Shown here: piece by piece, positions 7,954-15,282 of the stretch
Layout: each line of letters starts with the position of its first letter
Position numbering within the stretch: the stretch's first letter is position 1
Source: Clostridia bacterium
GTDB lineage: Bacteria > Bacillota > Clostridia > Peptostreptococcales > JAAYPU01
NCBI GenBank assembly: GCA_016278615.1
Contig: JADQBM010000013.1
Coordinates: 2,607 to 66,606, forward strand
DNA: 64,000 nucleotides
Reading direction: 5' to 3'
Notes under the pieces: model-generated
What the model saw: the letters and a program-made list of their open reading frames with translations, nothing else
Databases searched by the model: none
What the model was told of the DNA's origin: nothing
Program-made: the position numbers and the translations under genes

Positions 7954-7973
7954 GTGCGCCACGGATGGCGCAC
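7954..7973. repeat. GC-rich palindrome GTGCGCCA-cgga-TGGCGCAC, 31 nt 5' of the PD-(D/E)xK gene
   Basis: Perfect 8-bp stem with the same loop and core as 6734..6753. Confidence 0.85.
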
Positions 7974-8109
7974 CCCTTCCAATGTCGCAGAACGTTCTTA
8001 AATTGCCGACGTTCACTCTGACCCACAACGCCTTTGATTGAGAGAGTGAATGTGCGAAGCGAACGGCAATATATTGTTAAGCGAAGTAATTACGGAAACT
8101 GAAATAACA

Positions 8110-8457
8110 TCAGATAGTTATCCTATACCATGGTGGTCTACCATCTGCTTGAACAGTCCTCAAATAGTCTAGTACTGCATTATCATTCTCAATTGCACAC
8201 TTCTTAATCTCCCTAATAAAGTAATCAAGTTGACCAATTATTATATATCTTGCCTTACTCCCGTGATGTGCAATTTCTCCGCGTACTTTTACAAATTTTT
8301 CTATTTCATCGTCCTCAATACTCCATGCACTAGAAATCTTTCTTATTCCCAAATATCTCTTATAGCACTTATTAAGATTGTCAACCTTTGGTGTGTTAAA
8401 TTGCCTCATAGTCCCTTTGCAAATATCGGTATATATTTCTTTCCAACCTTTATTCAC
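8110..8457 (-). CDS. HEPN-like domain protein (Rx4H motif); possibly the 3' half of a frameshifted gene
   Basis: 115 aa with a GTG start and no convincing RBS. Helical protein with VRGEIAHHG (R-x4-H), as in RiboL-PSP-type HEPN RNases. Its reading frame is already open from 8499, overlapping the end of the upstream ORF. Confidence 0.5.
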   Translation of the reverse strand: MNKGWKEIYTDICKGTMRQFNTPKVDNLNKCYKRYLGIRKISSAWSIEDDEIEKFVKVRGEIAHHGSKARYIIIGQLDYFIREIKKCAIENDNAVLDYLRTVQADGRPPWYRITI

Positions 8458-8491
8458 AGCTTTAATTATGCTTTCTTCTTTGTTCAGGTCT

Positions 8492-8986
8492 TTATAGTTT
8501 CATCTCCATAAAAGGGATATATCTCTTGTAACATGTATCAATAAATTTTAAATACTTATCCTTTTTGAGAATCTCTTCCAAAGTATAAGTATCAAATTTG
8601 GTAAACAGATTTTCAATGTTAAATTCCTCAAACTCAAGATTGACTTCAACAAATCGGTCTAAATCATTGATTTGATTAGTATCTTGTATCCGTTTGTGAG
8701 ATGGTTCAGCCCGGCTGGTCTCCAAAGGTAACTTTAATGGATCTATTGCTCCCCCTATTTTCGAGCTAGACTTTTTATGTCCACCGCAACCATTACAGAA
8801 TGTTTTATCGCGTTCAATTAACCCTTGAGAATTAAGCTTAGTACACACCTGAAAAACTGTTTGCCTAGGGATAATATCACAGTTTTTGGATAAGCAGTCG
8901 TCACAATACCAACCCCCATGCGTTTGGAGATAATCTAGGATAGTATCTCTGTGTGTCAAAACTATGTCCCCTCTTTCCACTGTCAT
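8492..8986 (-). CDS. winged-helix-like plus CxxC...CxxC (Zn-ribbon-like) N-terminal domain protein; possibly the 5' half of a frameshifted wHTH-HEPN gene
   Basis: 164 aa. DTILDYLQTHGGWYCDDCL...QVCTKLNSQGLIERDKTFCNGCGG, followed by a helical C-terminal region. Confidence 0.45.
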   Translation of the reverse strand: MTVERGDIVLTHRDTILDYLQTHGGWYCDDCLSKNCDIIPRQTVFQVCTKLNSQGLIERDKTFCNGCGGHKKSSSKIGGAIDPLKLPLETSRAEPSHKRIQDTNQINDLDRFVEVNLEFEEFNIENLFTKFDTYTLEEILKKDKYLKFIDTCYKRYIPFMEMKL

Positions 8987-9062
8987 CTATGATCAAAGCA
9001 CCCAGTCAAACTTGAAACTTATACCTTTAAATCATGGCATGTATAAGTACGGTTTCATATAA

Positions 9063-9090
9063 CTTATATATTCACGACCTATGCCGTCAA
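9063..9090 (-). promoter_or_regulatory. candidate sigma-A promoter for the wHTH gene (TTGACG - 16 nt - TATAAG)
   Basis: Minus-strand reading of 9090..9063. About 75 nt upstream of ATG 8986. Confidence 0.35.
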
Positions 9091-9109
9091 TACTTCTTAA
9101 TTAGAGATG

Positions 9110-9128
9110 TTGCGACGTATGTCGGCAA
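9110..9128. promoter_or_regulatory. imperfect palindrome TTGCGAC-gtat-GTCGgCAA just upstream of the candidate -35 (possible operator)
   Basis: Read directly. One bulged G. Confidence 0.25.
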
Positions 9129-9466
9129 TATCTTTATAATGAATCATCTTCCATTATAAACATAACCGCCATAACCCAACTCACCCAAAAACAAAAACCA
9201 ACCTAACAACTTCCAAAGTCAGACTGGTTCCATTTCACTCTTCATAATTTTATTCCCCTCGTATCATTAATCTTTATCCCTAACTACATTGTACCCCATA
9301 ATTTCCCAAAATTCAAATATTATGTCTGAATCTGTCAATCGCATCAAAAAACAAAACCACCCCAACAACATCATTGTCAAACCGTTCTTATAAGCAGGTG
9401 GACCCGGGCCTTTTCTACACTAAAGGAGATTTTGCCTTAAGTATAGCAAAATCCACCTCTGCCTCG

Positions 9467-9519
9467 GAGATGAAATATGTATTTTTGTAATGACTTTGAG
9501 AATTCGACTCAAAAATTGG
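9467..9519. repeat. left arm of an imperfect inverted repeat of about 50 bp
   Basis: gagatgaaatatgtatttttgtaatgactttgagaattcgactcaaaaattgg, compared with the reverse complement of 9940..9990, gaagataaaatatgtattttctacattccattcggattcgaaaaaaattgg. Confidence 0.75.
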
Positions 9520-9891
9520 CAGTCACGAAGACGAAATTAGAAATTTCTTTCTTATTGCATGAGACCTGCGACGTAATCAGAGATTACTGCTAGGGCTTCA
9601 AGATAGAAGATGACTTGGAAAACCGTATATCCAACAGGACGTTGGCTTTATCTAAAAAAAATTGGCAGTCACGAAGACGAAATTAGAAATTTCTTTCGTG
9701 TTGCATGAGACCTGCGACGTAATCAGAGATTACTGCTAGGGCTTCAAGATAGAAGATGACATTAAAAATCGTATAGCCAACAGGACGTTGGCTTTATCTA
9801 AAACAATTGGCAGTCTCGAAGACGAAATTGAAATTTCTATCTCGTTGCATGAGACCTGCGACGTAATCAGAGATTACTGCTAGGGCTTCAA
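9515..9891. repeat. three tandem copies (146, 145 and a partial 86 bp) of a hairpin-rich non-coding unit
   Basis: Units start at 9515, 9661 and 9806 (attggcagtcWcgaagacgaaatt...). Each has GAAATT-aga-AATTTC and GTAATC-aga-GATTAC hairpins. The two full units also have GCCAAC-aggac-GTTGGC. No ORF of 60 aa or more in any frame between 8987 and 9991. Confidence 0.9.
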
Positions 9892-9939
9892 CGCATGGAC
9901 GCCGAATGTGAGCGTTAGGTTTTTAATGACAGATTTTTT

Positions 9940-9990
9940 CCAATTTTTTTCGAATCCGAATGGAATGTAGAAAATACATATTTTATCTTC
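9940..9990. repeat. right arm of the inverted repeat; abuts the rnz stop codon (9992)
   Basis: See the left arm. Confidence 0.75.
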
Positions 9991-9991
9991 T

Positions 9992-10912
9992 TTAATCAAA
10001 ATTTATCCTTTTTATCATTAAATCTTTCCCTGTAATTGTATTGCCAAAAATATTTTGAGCATTATCAATATACAAATCAGGATTCTGAAGTGAGGGGCTG
10101 TAGTGGGTTAGCCAAAGCTCCTTGGAATGACTTTTAGCAGCTAAAGCTGCAGCTTCAGAAAAGATCATATGTTTATTTTTAATTGCTTTGTCAAGTTGAT
10201 CATTTTCTCCGTACATTCCTTCACCTATCAAAAGATCGGAGCCTCTACAAAAATCAGCAAGTTCTTCCGTTGGTCTGGTATCAGTGCTGTAAGTTACTTT
10301 CAATCCTTTACGTTCTCTTCCTAAAACCATCCCTGGCTCATATCGTTTCCCCTCGTGCTCTATTATCTCTCCTTTTTGCAAACGATTCCAGAACCTAATG
10401 GGTATATTGCCTTTTTTTGCTCTTTGAACATCAAACTTTCCGGCGCGTCTTATTTCTAAACTGTAGGATAAGCATGCAATGGTATGATCCACCGGAACAC
10501 TTTTTATGATAATATCTCCAACATAATTTGTTGATAAATTTCCATCCGATAATTCAATAAGTATTATTTCAAAAGGCAGCTCCGGTGCGATAATGGTTAA
10601 TGCTTTTACAACTTCAATTAAGCCGGGAGGGCCATAAATCTTCAAGGGTTCTTCCTTACCGCTGTTTCCTAACGTCAACAAAAATCCTGGCAACCCTGCA
10701 ATATGATCTGCATGATAATGGGTAAAGCATATGGCGTCTATAGACTTAAACCCCCATCCGGTCATTTTGATTGGAAGCTGAGTGCCTTCCCCACAATCAA
10801 TAAGAATCATTTTTCCATTATATCGATACAGCAGAGCCGTTAATCTTCTATCTGGAAGTGGCATCATCCCACCACATCCCAATAAGCAAACCTCTATCAT
10901 AGTACGCTCCAT
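9992..10912 (-). CDS. rnz: ribonuclease Z / MBL-fold metallo-hydrolase
   Basis: 306 aa. HYHADH (HxHxDH) motif and short-form RNase Z length. N-terminal LLGCGG. Confidence 0.75.
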   Translation of the reverse strand: MERTMIEVCLLGCGGMMPLPDRRLTALLYRYNGKMILIDCGEGTQLPIKMTGWGFKSIDAICFTHYHADHIAGLPGFLLTLGNSGKEEPLKIYGPPGLIEVVKALTIIAPELPFEIILIELSDGNLSTNYVGDIIIKSVPVDHTIACLSYSLEIRRAGKFDVQRAKKGNIPIRFWNRLQKGEIIEHEGKRYEPGMVLGRERKGLKVTYSTDTRPTEELADFCRGSDLLIGEGMYGENDQLDKAIKNKHMIFSEAAALAAKSHSKELWLTHYSPSLQNPDLYIDNAQNIFGNTITGKDLMIKRINFD

Positions 10913-10988
10913 TTCAATACGTTTGTTATCCGTTTCTAAAATAAGTATAAACAGATGAGCGTAATGTATGCAACTCTAAAAGCTTTTA

Positions 10989-11726
10989 TCATAGCGTCTT
11001 ACTAATTTCATACATAGTCTCAAGAGCTAAAATAATCTCTCTTTTTTCCCCTTCTTCAGCCATATTTTCTAATCCCACGTAACTGTTTATGCCATCCTTA
11101 ACATCTTCTTTGTATAAGACAACGTTATTCAGTATAGATCCTACCTTTACACCGCGCAATCTTCCTAAAGTAAGTAATGTAGCTGTTTCCATGTCGCCCC
11201 CTAGGACGCCTTTTTTGCTCCAATACTCGATAACCTCATTTTCATTATCGATATAAAAAGAATCGTGACTTCTTACGATGCCTAAATGATGTGGATAATT
11301 TAATTCCAATGCCATTTTCTTGAGATTTTCAACTATTTCGGAATTTGAAACAGCAGGATAATTCTCTTCTATGTACATTTTTGATGCGCCATCTTCTCTA
11401 ACTGCACCTTCGGCAATAACCAGATCTCCTATTGCAATGTTTTGCTGATACGCACCCAGACTTCCTATTCTAATAAAATATTCGCCACCACACGCTACTA
11501 GCTCTTCTAAAGCAATACACGCTGATGCCCCACCAATTCCTGTTGAAATTACAGTTACATCCATTCCTTTATATTTGCCTTTTATACTTTTGAACTCTCT
11601 GTTAAAAGCAATTTCTTCATATTCATCTAAATACTTTGCAACTCTATCCACTCTGGCTGGATCACCAGGGAGCATAACCATTTTGGCTACGTCTTCTCTT
11701 TTACATTGTATATGTGGCTGTTTCAT
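10989..11726 (-). CDS. nucleoside phosphorylase (PNP_UDP_1 family, uridine-phosphorylase-like)
   Basis: 245 aa. LPGDPARV, STGIGGAS, RIGSLGA and GGDMETATL blocks align with Udp/DeoD-type phosphorylases. Confidence 0.8.
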   Translation of the reverse strand: MKQPHIQCKREDVAKMVMLPGDPARVDRVAKYLDEYEEIAFNREFKSIKGKYKGMDVTVISTGIGGASACIALEELVACGGEYFIRIGSLGAYQQNIAIGDLVIAEGAVREDGASKMYIEENYPAVSNSEIVENLKKMALELNYPHHLGIVRSHDSFYIDNENEVIEYWSKKGVLGGDMETATLLTLGRLRGVKVGSILNNVVLYKEDVKDGINSYVGLENMAEEGEKREIILALETMYEISKTL

Positions 11727-11745
11727 AACGATTCCTCCTCTTCAT

Positions 11746-12366
11746 TTAATTATTCGGAGTTTTTTTTGAAAATTGACATTTTACTAAGTATACATAATCA
11801 TAGTCTTTTAAAACATCTGGCTCATCAACATAATGCTGGTTCCCATATATGGACATGCCATTGCCATCTTCAAACAGGAAGGTACCCATAACAATCTCCT
11901 TTTCAGCCATAATTCCCTCAGGTTGATTTAGTGCGCCTCTACCTACAGAAAACTTACCGTTTGTTTCAAACTCATTTTCTGTTTTTGTACTAAAGCTGAA
12001 TACCCCGTTCCCATCTTTATGAGAAATTTTCCATTGGTAGTTAGCCTCTCTGTCAACGACTATGGCGACAAGGCCTTCATTGGAATTGAGTCGCGAGTGC
12101 ATTCTATTCATTTCTCCTTGCAATTCACCGTCTTTATAAAATTCGATCCAAATAGAAATCGTCTTAAATGTGTCATCAATCTGATACTCAAAAATATCAA
12201 TATCACTTTGAACACCTAATAATTCTATGATATTCGTTTCATTTTCATCCAATTCAGCTAAATGAATCTCATTTGTAGACGAATCCTCTGGTGGTTTCTC
12301 TTTACTACAACCTGTAATACTAAGAGTTATGATTAAACATAGTAAAACACAAAAATGTTTTTTCAT
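11746..12366 (-). CDS. lipoprotein of unknown function
   Basis: 206 aa. Signal peptide with lipobox LSITGC. Confidence 0.7.
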   Translation of the reverse strand: MKKHFCVLLCLIITLSITGCSKEKPPEDSSTNEIHLAELDENETNIIELLGVQSDIDIFEYQIDDTFKTISIWIEFYKDGELQGEMNRMHSRLNSNEGLVAIVVDREANYQWKISHKDGNGVFSFSTKTENEFETNGKFSVGRGALNQPEGIMAEKEIVMGTFLFEDGNGMSIYGNQHYVDEPDVLKDYDYVYLVKCQFSKKTPNN

Positions 12367-12395
12367 TTTATTAAGGCCTCTTTTCTGATCACCTA

Positions 12396-12539
12396 CTAAT
12401 CTATTGATCTTTTAAAATAATGCCATGCCCACCAAGTAGAAACCAGTTCCCAACCTTCATTGCCGTATGAATTTAAAACCCTTGTGGTTGATTCTCCTAA
12501 CCCCAAAATAAGAAGACATTTATATTCGAATTTTTTCAA
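12396..12539 (-). CDS. small DUF4177-like protein (47 aa, TTG start)
   Basis: Not in the ORF track. RBS GGAGGAATGCTAA precedes the TTG. Translation MKKFEYKCLLILGLGESTTRVLNSYGNEGWELVSTWWAWHYFKRSID; the EYK...LN..G.EGWELVS pattern recalls DUF4177. Confidence 0.4.
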   Translation of the reverse strand: MKKFEYKCLLILGLGESTTRVLNSYGNEGWELVSTWWAWHYFKRSID

Positions 12540-12725
12540 TTAGCATTCCTCCTTTCACTCTCACATAATCATAGACTTCAGCTGAATATCTGCTTCTATT
12601 ATACCAGAATACTCTGATATAACTTAAAACATATTTCGTCTCTTTTAACTTTTGAGTGTTTATGTAACATTAATAAAACCTATAGAATAAAATTATTAAG
12701 ACTTAAATAAAAGAGGGGGTCTTTT

Positions 12726-13648
12726 TTGGAATCATCGGTTATTTTAGGAACGGTAATTTCTTTATTTATAATAATATTAGTAGGGGTTTATGGCAGCAAG
12801 AAAAAAATTATAACTGTACAAATGAATAAAGGTTTAATTGATATTCTGATACAGATCGTATTACCTTTTATGATTCTTTCTTCTTTTCTTTTTACATATG
12901 ACTCTACTATTAAGTCCAATGTTATAAAAACATTTTATTATTCTATTGTTGCTTATTTACTCATAATAGCCCTATCCTACCTATTCATGCTACCAATAAA
13001 GCATGATAAAAAAACAATATTGCATTTTTCAAATGTATTTGTCAATACAGGTTATGTAGGCTTTCCGATCCTCAATTCTATTTATGGATCAGAGGGGGTT
13101 GTATATGGGTCCATATTTAATATGTTATTCGTAATTTTGTTATGGACCTATGGCATCCTATTATTCAAAGGTAAATTTCATAAAAAAGATTTAATAAAAG
13201 ACTTAAAAAAAATCCTTTTAAACCCTTCTTTTTTAGCAGTTTGTTTAGGAATAATAATCATGATATTTGACATTCAATTACCAGATGCCATGTTATCCAG
13301 TATTAAATCTATTGGAAATATAACAGGTCCATTATCTATGATCATCATTGGCGTTATACTTTCAAACGTTAAAATAAAAAACACTTAAGAGATTGGACTA
13401 TTTATTATGGCGTAACTACTAAATTAATAATTATACCTGGTTTCCTGTACTTAATATCATTGTTAGTAGGGACTCCGTCTAAAGCTCTAAATACAGTTAT
13501 TATTATGTCTGCCATGCCAGCTTCCGCAATGACTTCCATATTAGCAGAAAGTTTTAATAAAGAAAAAGAATATGCAGCTATTATTGTATCAATAACTACA
13601 TTGTGTTCTCTAATTACTGTTAGTGTACTACTGAAAATTCTAAAATAG
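12726..13648 (+). pseudogene. AEC (auxin efflux carrier) family transporter interrupted by a 1-nt frameshift in an A-tract
   Basis: The 220-aa ORF stops at 13386-13388. The +1-shifted frame is open from 13373 and continues into the 13460..13648 ORF (LRDWTIYYGVTTKLIIIPGFLYLISLLVG...). Adding one A to the A6 run at 13376-13381 restores a transporter of about 305 aa. Confidence 0.75.
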
Positions 13649-13764
13649 TTTTAGCTTTAAAATCAAGTTGATGCTTTCCGATACATAATTAAAGAGCCAG
13701 ATATCACCATTTGGCAAATACCTGACCCTAATTTTGCATTTATGTGCAGATCAATTATTGACTA

Positions 13765-15003
13765 CTAAGCCTCTTCGTGAAAAATAATATCAATATCTCT
13801 TACAATTGAACCATCTATTAAGTTCTCTTCAGCCATCTGTGTCAATAAAACCATTGCTTCAATGTGTGACATCGCATCTCTGTAAGGTCTATCCTCTCTT
13901 AATGCCTGATATATATCTAAGCAAGCTAAAATCCTTGAATAAAAATCGATTTCTTCACCTGCTAATCCTCTGGGGTATCCTGTTCCATTAAGTTTTTCAT
14001 GATGATTGGACGCCCATTCCGTAATAAGGTCAAATTCTTTAATCTCTTGCAAACATGTTCTAGTGACAGCAGGATGGGTTTTTATCTTTTCAAATTCTTC
14101 TACAGTCAAACTCCCTGTCTTATCTAATATCATATTTTTTACTGCTAATTTTCCCAGGTCATGAAGATCAGCAGCTATTAACAGTTTCATGGTATCTAAC
14201 TGATTTATCTTATAAAACGCTGTGATTTTCTCAAGCTTATCTGCTAAACCACTTGAATGCTGTTGAGTAAATTGAGATTTTGCATCAATCATCTTTGAGA
14301 AAGTTTTTGTTATATCTCGTATTTCTTCAAAGGTAAACTCACTATTAAAAGGTGGCGTTTGTTTTTTTAAAGCATTATCAATTTCCTGATCCGTTAGCTT
14401 ATTCCAAAAGCCTTCTTCTTTAATAACTTTGGAGAAGGATTCTACTATTTTAGGAGAAAAATACTTATTTCTTTGCAGATTTGAAAAATCAATAATTTCA
14501 TTTTCAAGCATTGAATCTTTACAGACTTTCCGCAAGTCAAAATTCAAATCTAAAGTATCTGCAAAGTTAATGATTTGAGATAACATAGGAATCTCATCTC
14601 CTGATAGTTTAAAAAAACCTAACCCATCATATCTTTCATGATGATATTTTATTACATCTTTATATGTATTAAGAAATGGGTAATTTTTTATATTTTCTTC
14701 CCCAATTATACAATGTTCCTGCATGTTTTCTATTAAGCTTAATTTTTCCTTGGAGCTTCCTCGCAAATTGTCATGGAGAACCTTCAAACTTGCACCATTG
14801 TCATGAAGCATGGAAAAAGATATTAAATCGAAGATTTCTTCACTGGATAAGCCAAGTTCCGCTGCTATATTTAACGAGATATAAGCGATTCTTTTGGAAT
14901 GGTTCGTGGCTACCCCAAATATATCTGTCTCTATAACATCCAACACATTTGCAACGGACCTTAAAAAATCATTTAAGTTAAATAGCAATATGCCAACCTC
15001 CAA
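13765..15003 (-). CDS. tandem HD-GYP domain protein (putative c-di-GMP phosphodiesterase)
   Basis: 412 aa. First HD domain is MLHDNG...HHERYDGLGFF (GYP degenerated to GFF). Second is LHDLGK...HHEKLNGTGYPRGL (canonical). Confidence 0.8.
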   Translation of the reverse strand: MEVGILLFNLNDFLRSVANVLDVIETDIFGVATNHSKRIAYISLNIAAELGLSSEEIFDLISFSMLHDNGASLKVLHDNLRGSSKEKLSLIENMQEHCIIGEENIKNYPFLNTYKDVIKYHHERYDGLGFFKLSGDEIPMLSQIINFADTLDLNFDLRKVCKDSMLENEIIDFSNLQRNKYFSPKIVESFSKVIKEEGFWNKLTDQEIDNALKKQTPPFNSEFTFEEIRDITKTFSKMIDAKSQFTQQHSSGLADKLEKITAFYKINQLDTMKLLIAADLHDLGKLAVKNMILDKTGSLTVEEFEKIKTHPAVTRTCLQEIKEFDLITEWASNHHEKLNGTGYPRGLAGEEIDFYSRILACLDIYQALREDRPYRDAMSHIEAMVLLTQMAEENLIDGSIVRDIDIIFHEEA

Positions 15004-15130
15004 TATTGAAGTTATAAGTCAAAATTTTGTCTAATTATTCTAATATTCTACAAAATATTCTAAATTTCCTTCTTGTTTTAAAAGATATTCTTATATTTCT
15101 AAATATAAAAGAGCAATGGTTTAAAAAATA

Positions 15131-15160
15131 AATCAGGAAAGCTATTACGCTTCCCTGATT
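15131..15160 (-). terminator. hairpin downstream of the first DmpA paralog
   Basis: aatcaggaaagc-tatta-cgcttccctgatt, flanked by an A-run and a T-run. Shares 15 identical nt (acgcttccctgattt) with 21543..21557. Confidence 0.5.
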
Positions 15161-15282
15161 TAGGAGACATATCTCCTCATTCGTTTTTTCATTATCCATA
15201 AACTTACCTATGGTAAAGTTATAGCTCAATTACTCTTAGTTCTTGGTTCTACAAGGTTTCTTTAATAATAATTTATAATTTA

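Noticed and set aside
7924-8028. N-terminal extension of the PD-(D/E)xK-like ORF (track start 8028)
   Set aside because: The extension reads through the 7954-7973 palindrome and has no RBS. The internal ATG at 7923 has GGAGTGGG at the correct spacing.
8350-8530. Shared CYKRY peptide in both halves of the wHTH/HEPN locus, as evidence of an internal duplication
   Set aside because: The DNA identity is only about 14 nt (TGYTAYAAGAGATAT) with no extended flanking similarity, so it is compatible with chance in AT-rich coding sequence.
9515-9891. Possible CRISPR array
   Set aside because: The whole 145-bp period is repeated nearly identically. There are no short repeats alternating with unique spacers, and no cas genes in the window.
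2725-9991. Chromosomal integron cassette array
   Set aside because: The same-strand small cassettes with structured spacers are suggestive. However, there is no intI-type integrase in the window, the spacers are far longer than attC sites, and I could not find the RYYYAAC / GTTRRRY core pairs at cassette ends.
15035-15229. 64-aa minus-strand ORF downstream of DmpA paralog 1
   Set aside because: It overlaps the terminator hairpin, has no RBS, and its composition is typical of AT-rich intergenic sequence.
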